A DNA stretch of 64,000 nt, from assembly GCA_019661785.1 (NCBI GenBank), contig JAIFWP010000001.1, forward strand, positions 11,545 to 75,544, in the 5' to 3' direction. Source of the DNA: Candidatus Parcubacteria bacterium. Its GTDB lineage: Bacteria > Patescibacteriota > Minisyncoccia > Phycocordibacterales > Zambryskibacteraceae. The notes under the pieces were generated by a model, which was given only the letters and a program-made list of their open reading frames with translations, was not told the origin of the DNA and did not search any database. Below, piece after piece: positions 37,189-45,635 of this stretch (positions within the stretch are counted from its first letter, which is position 1; each line of letters begins with the position of its first letter). The position numbers and the translations under genes are program-made.

Positions 37189-39078
37189 TTATATAAACTG
37201 AAAGTCCAAAGTTTTCCTCTCGAGGTCTGCATTCAATAGTTTGACCTTAACCTTGTCGCCGAGGGAGTATTTCTTACCCGTCTTCTTGCCCACAATGGCA
37301 TAAAGTTTCTCATTCAATTCATAGAAGTCGTCGGTCATATCCTTCAAGCGCACCATGCCGTCGGCTTTGGTCTCGGCTTCCTCCACATAGACGCCCCAAT
37401 CAGAGACTCCGGAGACCACCCCGTCGAAGGTCTCTCCAACATGCTCGGACATGTACTCAACCTGCTTGTATTTAATAGAACCTCGCTCGGCCTCAGCTGC
37501 CTCTATCTCGCGCTCGCTCGACTCGTCGGCCATGCGCTGATACTTGGCTACCTCATCCTGTTCTATCTTGCCCTTCACCAAATATCTTTGCAGGAGGCGG
37601 TGGACCATGATGTCTGGATAGCGTCTGATTGGAGATGTAAAGTGGGTGTAGTAATCAAAGGCGAGTCCGAAGTGTCCGATGTTGGCAGTTGAGTAGACGG
37701 CCTTCGACATGCTTCTAATGGTGGCGGTCTTAATAAGAGCTTCAGCAGGGGAGCCTTCTACAGAGTGGAGCATTTTTGAGATGTCTTCGGTCGTGGTCTC
37801 ACCCTCTTTGTGCGTGAGCTCAAAGCCGAGAGCCTTCACGAAGTCGGCCAAGTTCATAATGCGGTCGCGGTCTGGAGCATCGTGGATGCGATAGATGCCA
37901 GCGGCCTTAGAGTCCTTCTGCGTAGCAAGGTGCAAGACTTTGGCCACTTCTCGATTGGCCAGGAGCATGAAGTCCTCAATGAGCTTGTGTATGTCCTTGC
38001 GGGCTTTGCGTATAACTTTGACCGGCTTGCCTACATCATCAAGCACGAATTTGACCTCGTCTGTCTCGAACTCGATAGCTCCGTTCTTGAACTTCTCCTC
38101 GCGGAGCTTATAAGCAATCTGGTTAAGAGTATTTAATTCCTCATAATGCTGGCCCGACTTCTTGTCGAGCACTTCTTGAGCCTCCTCATAGCTGAAGCGC
38201 TTGTTAGAGTTAATGAGCGTGCGGCCGAACCACTTATCCTTGACCTCGCCCTGCATGTTCATCTTAAAGACTGCGGAGAAGGCGTACTTGTCTTCATTGG
38301 CATTCAAGGAACAAAGGTCGTTCGACAATATCTCTGGGAGCATCGGGATGGTGCGGTCGACCAAGTATATGGATGTGCCACGTTCAAGCGCCTCTCTATC
38401 TAGAGCGGTTTTCGGTACGACAAAGTGCGATACATCGGCAATATGGATGCCTATCTCATAATCGCCATTGTCGAGCTTCTTAATAGACAAGGCGTCGTCG
38501 AAGTCCTTGGCATCTATGGGGTCAACGGTGAAAGTGGTTACCTCGCGGAAGTCTCTCCTGTCCTTGGTGTGGTCTTCTTTGGCGAATCTCTCCTTCCATT
38601 CTGTGGCCTCACGCTCGACGTCGGCGGGGAAGTCTATCTCAAAGCCAGCTTCGTAGACGAAGCTCTGCATCTCGGCATTGTGCTCGCCCTTGCGGCCAAT
38701 AACTTTGGCAACCTTGCCCTTAGGAGTCTTCGACCACTCTGTTATCTCCACATAGACCTTGTCTCCGTCCTTCGCCCCGAGAGCGTCGCCGTCTATTTGT
38801 ATGTCTACGTACATGCGCTTGTCATCAGGGATGACATAGCCCTTATCTACCACTCCAACGAAGTGGGTTTTCTTGCGGGTCACTATCTCCACAACCTTGG
38901 CCTGCTTGCGTCCGTAGACCTCTTTGCCTAGAGATTCGACCTTGACCGTGTCGCCGTTTAGCGCGGTGTTGATGTACTCAGGCGAGACTTCGAAGTCGTC
39001 GCTCTCGTCTGCTGGGTTCGGGAAGTAGCCTACACCCTTGCCTGTTACGCGTATTTTGCCCTCTAAAGTTTTATTCAT
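37189..39078 (-). CDS. rnr: Ribonuclease R (RNB family)
   Basis: DPIDAKDFDDALS, HIADVS, HFTSPIRRYPD, C-terminal S1 domain. Confidence 0.96.
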   Translation of the reverse strand: MNKTLEGKIRVTGKGVGYFPNPADESDDFEVSPEYINTALNGDTVKVESLGKEVYGRKQAKVVEIVTRKKTHFVGVVDKGYVIPDDKRMYVDIQIDGDALGAKDGDKVYVEITEWSKTPKGKVAKVIGRKGEHNAEMQSFVYEAGFEIDFPADVEREATEWKERFAKEDHTKDRRDFREVTTFTVDPIDAKDFDDALSIKKLDNGDYEIGIHIADVSHFVVPKTALDREALERGTSIYLVDRTIPMLPEILSNDLCSLNANEDKYAFSAVFKMNMQGEVKDKWFGRTLINSNKRFSYEEAQEVLDKKSGQHYEELNTLNQIAYKLREEKFKNGAIEFETDEVKFVLDDVGKPVKVIRKARKDIHKLIEDFMLLANREVAKVLHLATQKDSKAAGIYRIHDAPDRDRIMNLADFVKALGFELTHKEGETTTEDISKMLHSVEGSPAEALIKTATIRSMSKAVYSTANIGHFGLAFDYYTHFTSPIRRYPDIMVHRLLQRYLVKGKIEQDEVAKYQRMADESSEREIEAAEAERGSIKYKQVEYMSEHVGETFDGVVSGVSDWGVYVEEAETKADGMVRLKDMTDDFYELNEKLYAIVGKKTGKKYSLGDKVKVKLLNADLERKTLDFQFI

Positions 39079-39099
39079 CGTTCGGCATTATAACACATA

Positions 39100-39128
39100 T
39101 TGACTAATGGCGAGAATTTCATTATGGT
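39100..39128 (+). promoter_or_regulatory. Promoter of unit I
   Basis: TTGACT, 17 nt, TATGGT. Confidence 0.6.
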
Positions 39129-39156
39129 ACTGAACAGACTTCCACAGGAGAAACGC

Positions 39157-39681
39157 TTGATCACCGTAATTGACCGCGACACAGTTAGTCGGCTAAAGAG
39201 GGCTTACCTGAGCTTCTCGGCTAGGGGATACATAAGTGATGCCCCGAGGAAGGATGTTCCGGGGATGCCTGGACACCGCATGATCGAACACGAGGAGGAC
39301 GATATCCGCTACATGGATGTTTACCTCAAGAGTCTCGGGTCTCACTACTCCGGCGGCTCGACCATGATGTTGTACAAGGGCGAGGTAATCTGGAGGATGA
39401 CATACGAGGGTTGGTGCGATAAGCGGGCCCTCCCCACGCTCAAGGCAGCTCTCGCGAAGTCATACTCGAAGTATGAGTTCAATGCGGGTAGAGGCCCAGC
39501 GAAGTTTACCCACCAAGAGCTCAAGTACTACAACGATGCCCACGGCGAGTTCGAGCGCTTCAGCAGTGTGGAGACTATCGAAGACGAGAGTGTGGTCAAG
39601 GGGCCTCCATGGAAAATTGATCCGGACACCGTCGCACAGCATGAATGCCGCGGCAGGCTGCTCGTCCGCGTAGTCGACTGA
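39157..39681 (+). CDS. Hypothetical protein, DUF5680-like (unit I)
   Basis: RYMDVY...SGG...VIWRMTYEG...LKAAL...GRGP..F....LKYYN...G.FERFS..ETI pattern; AGGAG before TTG. Confidence 0.7.
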   Translation: MITVIDRDTVSRLKRAYLSFSARGYISDAPRKDVPGMPGHRMIEHEEDDIRYMDVYLKSLGSHYSGGSTMMLYKGEVIWRMTYEGWCDKRALPTLKAALAKSYSKYEFNAGRGPAKFTHQELKYYNDAHGEFERFSSVETIEDESVVKGPPWKIDPDTVAQHECRGRLLVRVVD

Positions 39682-39687
39682 CAGGCA

Positions 39688-39730
39688 AAAACCCGCAGGA
39701 CTCTAACGAGTCTTGCGGGTTTTCTCTTTT
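39688..39730 (+). terminator. Terminator of unit I
   Basis: AAAACCCGCAGGACTC/GAGTCTTGCGGGTTTT 16-bp stem. Confidence 0.9.
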
Positions 39731-39746
39731 ATGTTACTATTGGCCG

Positions 39747-40181
39747 ATGTTAAAAATTAGGCTCCAAAGAGTCGGGCGCGTACACGAGACCTCTTTCCGT
39801 CTCGTTTTGACCGAGTCTGTGAACTCGACCAAGTCAGGACGCCTTAAGGAGATTCTTGGCTCATACGACCCAAGGAAGACCACTGACTCTATCAAGGCTG
39901 ACAGGGTTAAGTACTGGCTTGGTGTAGGAGCTAAGGCTACCGGCACAGTGCACAACCTCCTCATCACGCACAAGATAATCGACGGCAAGAAGATAAATGT
40001 CCTTCCCAGAAAGACTCCTATAAAGAAGGATGCTGAGCCTGTTAAGGAAGCCGCTCTCCCGACGAGCGAAGCTGTCGGGACTCCGACTGAGAACGTCGGA
40101 GCTGTACCTGCTGAGGCCCCTGCTCCTGTCGAGGCTCCAGCTAGTGAGCCTGTGATAGAATCTACCGAGGCTTCGGCCTAA
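39747..40181 (+). CDS. rpsP: 30S ribosomal protein S16 with an Ala/Pro/Glu-rich tail
   Basis: MLKIRLQRVGR, EILGSYDP, YWLGVGA. Confidence 0.95.
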   Translation: MLKIRLQRVGRVHETSFRLVLTESVNSTKSGRLKEILGSYDPRKTTDSIKADRVKYWLGVGAKATGTVHNLLITHKIIDGKKINVLPRKTPIKKDAEPVKEAALPTSEAVGTPTENVGAVPAEAPAPVEAPASEPVIESTEASA

Positions 40182-40211
40182 CTGATTATCCCGTTTTAAC
40201 TCTGTACGAAT

Positions 40212-40556
40212 ATGATAGATGATTTGAAGTTTCTTGAATTTCTTGTAAAGGCATTGGTCGAAAATCCAGATGATGTGAAGATAACGAGGACTGTGGACGA
40301 GATGGGAGTGCTCATGACTCTCGATGTGCACCCCGACGACATGGGCAAGGTCATCGGCCGAGCAGGGAACACCGCCAAGGCCATCCGCATACTGCTTCGC
40401 GTAGTAGGTATGAAGAACAATGCGAGAGTGAACTTGAAGATAAACGAGCCTGCCGGCGGTATGCGTAGCATGCCAGCGCGCGACGAGTCTGCATCTCCAG
40501 CTCCCCGAGCCTCGAAGAGCCTCGACGAAGCCTTCGCCGATCTCAACCTTGAATAG
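40212..40556 (+). CDS. khpA: KH-domain RNA-binding protein KhpA/YlqC
   Basis: LVENPDDV, DMGKVIGRAGNTAKAIR; follows rpsP. Confidence 0.92.
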   Translation: MIDDLKFLEFLVKALVENPDDVKITRTVDEMGVLMTLDVHPDDMGKVIGRAGNTAKAIRILLRVVGMKNNARVNLKINEPAGGMRSMPARDESASPAPRASKSLDEAFADLNLE

Positions 40557-40581
40557 TTTCCTCAAATAAATATAGAAAGGA

Positions 40582-40607
40582 AAAGCCGGCCCGCGAGGGT
40601 CGGCTTT
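40582..40607. terminator. Bidirectional terminator between khpA and unit J
   Basis: AAAGCCGGCCC-GCGA-GGGTCGGCTTT. Confidence 0.8.
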
Positions 40608-40623
40608 CGTTTTCCGATTCTGA

Positions 40624-40836
40624 TCAGAATCTCACTGGACAAGGCTCTGAGAGAATCGCGACATGCTGAAGGTTGTGGTTCGAAACCCGACTTTCAGCCA
40701 CGGCCTTGGTGAGCTCAGAGAGACCCAGATTTACCTGGGTTCCATCGCTGAACCTGAATCTCCACCACCTTCTTGAAAAAAGGCGGCGCCCACTGCCCAC
40801 AACTTCCTTCTCGAGCAAAATGTTCCGGTTTCTCAT
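40624..40836 (-). CDS. Small hypothetical protein (orphan unit J, 70 aa)
   Basis: GGGGAG before ATG 40836; TTGACA (40892-40887)-16-TACAGT upstream. Confidence 0.55.
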   Translation of the reverse strand: MRNRNILLEKEVVGSGRRLFSRRWWRFRFSDGTQVNLGLSELTKAVAESRVSNHNLQHVAILSEPCPVRF

Positions 40837-40921
40837 ACGCTCCCCATTGAAGGTGCCAGGCAGTACTGTATCACTTTTCATAGCCTTGTCAAGGTCGTAA
40901 AAACACGGTAGAGTGGGATAT

Positions 40922-41575
40922 ATGCATTTCCATATCATTACTCTTTTCCCAGGAGCTTTCGACTCGTACCTAGGCGAGTCTATCTTGAAGCGCGCTATAG
41001 AAGATAAGAAGATACGTGTATCTTTCTACAACCCGAGAGACTTCGCGGATAACGAGTACAAGCGTATTGATAGACCTCCTTATGCTGGCGGTCCCGGCAT
41101 GGTCATCCAGGCCGAGCCGGTCATTAAAGCTATTGCTAAGGCTAAAAGCAAAGCCAAATCGAAGAATACGAAAATAATTTTCCTTAGTCCTTCTGGTAAA
41201 CAATTTACCAATGAGTACGCAGCGAAAACAGCCAAGAAGTTTAGCGATGTCATCATTGTTTCCGGCCGATACGAAGGTATCGATGCCAGAGTTAAGAAGG
41301 TTTTCAAGATGGAAGACATTTCCATCGGACCCTTTGTGTTAACGGGTGGGGAACTGCCAGCCATGCTTATGATAGACGTCATGGCCCGCCAGGTAGAGGG
41401 AGTCCTAGGTAACTTCGACTCGCGTGAAGAGTCTCGTGTCGCAAGTCCGGATGTTTACACCCGTCCTGAAATTTTTGCATACAAAGGTAAGAAATATCGT
41501 GTGCCCAAGGTGCTCCTTGGTGGTAATCACGCTAAAATCGAGGAGTGGAAAAGCAAAAGACAGGGCAAGAAGTAG
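40922..41575 (+). CDS. trmD: tRNA (guanine37-N1)-methyltransferase
   Basis: IITLFP, PYAGGPGMV, LSPSG, GRYEGID, SIGPFVLTGGE, YTRP. Confidence 0.97.
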   Translation: MHFHIITLFPGAFDSYLGESILKRAIEDKKIRVSFYNPRDFADNEYKRIDRPPYAGGPGMVIQAEPVIKAIAKAKSKAKSKNTKIIFLSPSGKQFTNEYAAKTAKKFSDVIIVSGRYEGIDARVKKVFKMEDISIGPFVLTGGELPAMLMIDVMARQVEGVLGNFDSREESRVASPDVYTRPEIFAYKGKKYRVPKVLLGGNHAKIEEWKSKRQGKK

Positions 41576-41590
41576 AGTTATAATAAATTC

Positions 41591-42016
41591 ATGCTCACAT
41601 ATACACACAGCTGGTTGGCAGTAATTATCACTGCGGTAGGATGCTTTATTATAGGATTTCTCTGGTTCGGACCTCTGTTTGGCAAAACATGGATAAGGCT
41701 TATGGGTATTAGCCAAGCGCAAGCCGAGGAGGGGAGGAAGGGCGGCATGAAGAGCATGGTGAAGCCAATGATTATGGCCATGGTCTCGAATCTGGTTACA
41801 GCCTTCGTCTTCTTCACTCTGGCGCAGTCGCTCATGCTTGCAGGATTTGCCTCTGCGCTCATGCTTGGCATCTTGCTCTGGCTCGGGTTCTCTATCCCGC
41901 TTTTCCTAAACGGTGTTCTGTGGGAGAAGAAGTCCTGGAGCCTCTTCTGGTTTAATGCAGGCCACATCTTAGTCACGCTTATCTTCTCGGCTCTCGTCTA
42001 CAGCTTTTGGAGGTAG
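41591..42016 (+). CDS. DUF1761 family membrane protein
   Basis: GFLWFGPLFGKTW...MG, four TM helices, FWFNAG. Confidence 0.85.
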   Translation: MLTYTHSWLAVIITAVGCFIIGFLWFGPLFGKTWIRLMGISQAQAEEGRKGGMKSMVKPMIMAMVSNLVTAFVFFTLAQSLMLAGFASALMLGILLWLGFSIPLFLNGVLWEKKSWSLFWFNAGHILVTLIFSALVYSFWR

Positions 42017-42019
42017 TAT

Positions 42020-42046
42020 AAAGGGCGTCACTTCGTGACGCCCTTT
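42020..42046. terminator. Hairpin over the stop codon of unit K
   Basis: AAAGGGCGTCAC-TTC-GTGACGCCCTTT perfect 12-bp stem. Confidence 0.85.
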
Positions 42047-42291
42047 AACAACATCTTCTGTGCCTCCACGGCAGAAATTTCGTAGTAGATGAAGTCTTCG
42101 TCATCCTTGTCCTCGTACTGGTCCTCGTCGTCGCGATACCAGACGATATAGACTTCATCACTCCGAAGCACGAGGTGCTTTGTGTGCTTCCCGTCCGTTA
42201 GGTCATGGCGGTCATGCCTCAGGCACTCTAGTATCTCACCATGGCATGGCGTACGGTTGAACATGGGCATAATAACGCCGCAGGTCTTCAT
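42028..42291 (-). CDS. Small Cys/His-containing hypothetical protein (orphan unit K)
   Basis: GGAGG before ATG; TGG-TAGGGT upstream; C...C.L..H...H pattern. Confidence 0.65.
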   Translation of the reverse strand: MKTCGVIMPMFNRTPCHGEILECLRHDRHDLTDGKHTKHLVLRSDEVYIVWYRDDEDQYEDKDDEDFIYYEISAVEAQKMLLKGVTK

Positions 42292-42328
42292 GTGGCCTCC
42301 GAATTAGTCCTAGGACACCCTACCATAT

Positions 42329-42357
42329 TTGACAGAAAAAGGGGGTCGGCGTATACT
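42329..42357 (+). promoter_or_regulatory. rpoBC promoter
   Basis: TTGACA, 17 nt, TATACT. Confidence 0.8.
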
Positions 42358-42444
42358 ACGCATCACTTCTAAATCGATTAAGTTATGGCTCTAGAAGGCG
42401 GTAATTAGGGGAGATTACAAGCCTGTTTGATTATTTAAATATTG

Positions 42445-45400
42445 ATGCCAACCAAATCGTCGGCTAGACCGAAGAAGTTCTTCGGCCGTTTCCGGGAGCC
42501 TCTTACAGAGAGTCCCAATTTCGTCGTTTCTCAGGTAGACAGCTTCAAGTGGCTCATAGAGCACGGCTTGAAGGAGATTTTCCAGGAGTTCTCAAGCATT
42601 AAGGACTTCTCCGAGAGGAAGTTCCAACTCGACTTCGTTGGCTTTGAGCTAGAGAAGCCCAAAATGACCGAGTTCGAGGCTAAGGACAAGAAGCTCTCAT
42701 ACGAGGCGCCTCTCAAGGTCACAGTAAAGCTCAAAAACCTTATCCACAAGACAGAGAAGGAGCAGGAGCTCTTCATGGCGGACTTCCCGCTCATGACCGA
42801 CCACGGCACCTTCATCATCTCCGGCATCGAACGCGTCATAGTGCCCCAGCTTGCGCGCTCTTTCGGCGTCTTCTTTACCGCGGCTGAGGTCAAGGGCAAG
42901 AGGACCTTCGGCGCTAAGATCATCCCGGCTCGCGGAGCTTGGATAGAGTTCGAGACTGATGCAGACAATGTTATATATGTGCGCATAGACAGGAAGCGCA
43001 AGTTCCCAGTCTCAACTCTCCTCAGAGCCTTCGGCGCTACTACGAACGAGAAGATACTCTCTCTCTTCTCTGGCATGCCAGAGGCCAAAGTCTATATAGA
43101 GAAGACCCTTGCCAAGGACCACACGCTTAACGAGGTGGATGCCGCTATCGAGATACACAAGCGCCTCCGCGACGGCGATCTAGCTTCTGCAGAGAACGCC
43201 AAAGAATTCGTTAAGTCGATATTTAACGAAGAGCGCTACGACATACACAAGGTTGGACGATACTCGTTCATCCGACGCTTCGGCCTGAAGGATACTCCTA
43301 AGGAGATAGAGCGCAGAACGCTCTCCATTGATGACCTCCAGATCATCGTCAAACACATCATAGAGTTGAACACCACTCCAAACGCGATGCCAGACGACAT
43401 CGACCACCTCGGCAGCCGCCGAGTACGATACGTCGGTGAACTCTTCCAGCAGAAGATCCGCGTAGGTATGGCCCAGATAAAGAGGAACATCCAGAACAGG
43501 ATGTCGACCATCGACACCGACGTAACTTTGCCAGTGCAATTCATCTCGCCTAAGCCTTTGCAGGCCCGCATCAAGGAGTTCTTCACTACGAACCAACTTT
43601 CCCAGTTCATGCAGCAGGAGAACACCCTTGCTGAGATAGAGCACCTCAGAACGCTCTCGGCCCTTGGTCCCGGCGGATTGAACCGCGCTCGAGCAGGCTA
43701 TGAGGTCCGCGACGTGCACCCTTCGCACTACGGACGCCTCTGTCCTATCGCCACTCCTGAAGGTCCGAACATCGGTCTTATCTTGCGCTTGGCAACTTAC
43801 GCCCGTGTGAACGATTTCGGCATGATAGAGACTCCATACGCTGTTGTGAAGGATGGCTCTATAACCACTGAGATAAAGTACTTAAACGCGCTCGAGGAAG
43901 AGCAGTACAACATCGCTCACGCAGCTACTGTCGTCGAGGACAACAAAATCATCCCTGAGATAGTCGACGTGCGCCACAAGGGCGAGCCGCATACAGCTCA
44001 CAGGAAGGATGTGCACTTCATCGACGTGGCTACGAACCAGGCTTTCTCTGTCTGTACTTCCATGATTCCGTTCCTAAACCACGACGACGCCAACCGAGCA
44101 TTGATGGGTTCGAACATGCAGCGCCAGGCTACGCCTTGTATCATCCCTGAGGCACCGCTAGTTGCCACAGGCATTGAGGAGAAGGCAGTTAGAGACACTG
44201 GACGCCTCATTATCGCTCCTTGCGCCGGCACCATAAGCTACGTCGACGGCAAGAAGATTGTCCTCACCGACAACAAGGAGGACGAGCACGCTTTCCCACT
44301 CGTGAATTTCTCTATGACGAACGGCTTTACCGCCTTCCATCAGCGACCAGTCGTCGAGCTTGGTCAGAAGGTCAAGAAGGGAGATGTCCTCGCAGACACC
44401 TCTACCTCCGAGCATGGACAAATGGCCTTGGGACAGAACGTCCTTGTGGCCTTCATGTCTTGGAGCGGCGCTAACTACGAAGACGCCATCATCCTCTCTG
44501 AGAGACTCGTTAAGGAATCCAAGTTTACCTCCATACATATTGAGGACTTCATTGTGAACGTCCGAGACACCAAACTCGGTCCCGAGATTACGACCTGCGA
44601 CATCCCTAACGTCGGCGAGGCAAAGCTCAAAAACTTGGCTGAAGACGGTATCATCCGCGTCGGCGCCGAGGTTCGCCCCGGCGACATATTGGTCGGTAAG
44701 ATTACCCCTAAGGGAGAAAGCCAGCTCACTCCTGAGGAGCGCCTGCTCCGCTCGCTCTTCGGCGAGAAGGCAAGAGATGTGAAGGACACATCGAAGCGCA
44801 TGGAAGGCGGTAAGAGAGGACGCGTTATCTCAGTACAGGTCTTCTCGAGAGAGAGGGGAGACAAGCTTGAGAGCGGCATCTTGAAGCAGATACACATACA
44901 GGTTGCGCAGCTTCGCAATGTCTCTGTCGGTGACAAACTCGCCGGACGCCACGGTAACAAGGGAGTCATCTCCCGCATCCTCCCAGTTGAGGATATGCCA
45001 TACATGGAAGACGGTACTCCTATCGACGTCATCCTCACTCCGCTTGGCGTGCCGAGTCGCATGAACTTGGGCCAGATTCTTGAGATGCATCTTGGTCTCG
45101 CTGCCCACACTCTTAACTACCAGGCTATCGTGCCTCCATTTGCCGGAGCCGAGGAAGACGAGATTAAGAGCGAGCTCAAGGCCGCAGGCTTCAAGGAGAA
45201 CGGCAAGATGAAGCTCTACGACGGACGCACGGGCGTAGCCTTTGACCAGGACATCGCTGTCGGCTACATGTACATCTTGAAGCTCCACCACATGGTCGAG
45301 GACAAGATACACATGCGCTCTATTGGACCTTACTCCTTGATTACTCAGCAGCCTCTCGGAGGCAAGGCTCAGAACGGAGGCCAGAGATTCGGAGAAATGG

Positions 45401-45630
45401 AAGTGTGGGCTCTCCTCGGACACGGCGTAGGACACATCCTCCGCGAGATGCTCACTATCAAGTCTGACGACATCACTGGACGTTCAGCAGCCTTCGACTC
45501 CATCGTGAAGGGCGAGAAGCTCCAGGAGCCAGGCACCCCAGCCTCCTTCAATGTGCTTGTGAACAACTTGAGAGGACTTGCGCTCGACATCGAGGCCAAG
45601 AAGAGACCAATGGAGCCAAATAACGAATAA
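42445..45630 (+). CDS. rpoB: RNA polymerase beta subunit
   Basis: DDIDHLG, TPEGPNIG, GSNMQRQ, GDKLAGRHGNKG, GQRFGEME. Confidence 0.98.
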   Translation: MPTKSSARPKKFFGRFREPLTESPNFVVSQVDSFKWLIEHGLKEIFQEFSSIKDFSERKFQLDFVGFELEKPKMTEFEAKDKKLSYEAPLKVTVKLKNLIHKTEKEQELFMADFPLMTDHGTFIISGIERVIVPQLARSFGVFFTAAEVKGKRTFGAKIIPARGAWIEFETDADNVIYVRIDRKRKFPVSTLLRAFGATTNEKILSLFSGMPEAKVYIEKTLAKDHTLNEVDAAIEIHKRLRDGDLASAENAKEFVKSIFNEERYDIHKVGRYSFIRRFGLKDTPKEIERRTLSIDDLQIIVKHIIELNTTPNAMPDDIDHLGSRRVRYVGELFQQKIRVGMAQIKRNIQNRMSTIDTDVTLPVQFISPKPLQARIKEFFTTNQLSQFMQQENTLAEIEHLRTLSALGPGGLNRARAGYEVRDVHPSHYGRLCPIATPEGPNIGLILRLATYARVNDFGMIETPYAVVKDGSITTEIKYLNALEEEQYNIAHAATVVEDNKIIPEIVDVRHKGEPHTAHRKDVHFIDVATNQAFSVCTSMIPFLNHDDANRALMGSNMQRQATPCIIPEAPLVATGIEEKAVRDTGRLIIAPCAGTISYVDGKKIVLTDNKEDEHAFPLVNFSMTNGFTAFHQRPVVELGQKVKKGDVLADTSTSEHGQMALGQNVLVAFMSWSGANYEDAIILSERLVKESKFTSIHIEDFIVNVRDTKLGPEITTCDIPNVGEAKLKNLAEDGIIRVGAEVRPGDILVGKITPKGESQLTPEERLLRSLFGEKARDVKDTSKRMEGGKRGRVISVQVFSRERGDKLESGILKQIHIQVAQLRNVSVGDKLAGRHGNKGVISRILPVEDMPYMEDGTPIDVILTPLGVPSRMNLGQILEMHLGLAAHTLNYQAIVPPFAGAEEDEIKSELKAAGFKENGKMKLYDGRTGVAFDQDIAVGYMYILKLHHMVEDKIHMRSIGPYSLITQQPLGGKAQNGGQRFGEMEVWALLGHGVGHILREMLTIKSDDITGRSAAFDSIVKGEKLQEPGTPASFNVLVNNLRGLALDIEAKKRPMEPNNE

Positions 45631-45635
45631 CTGCC

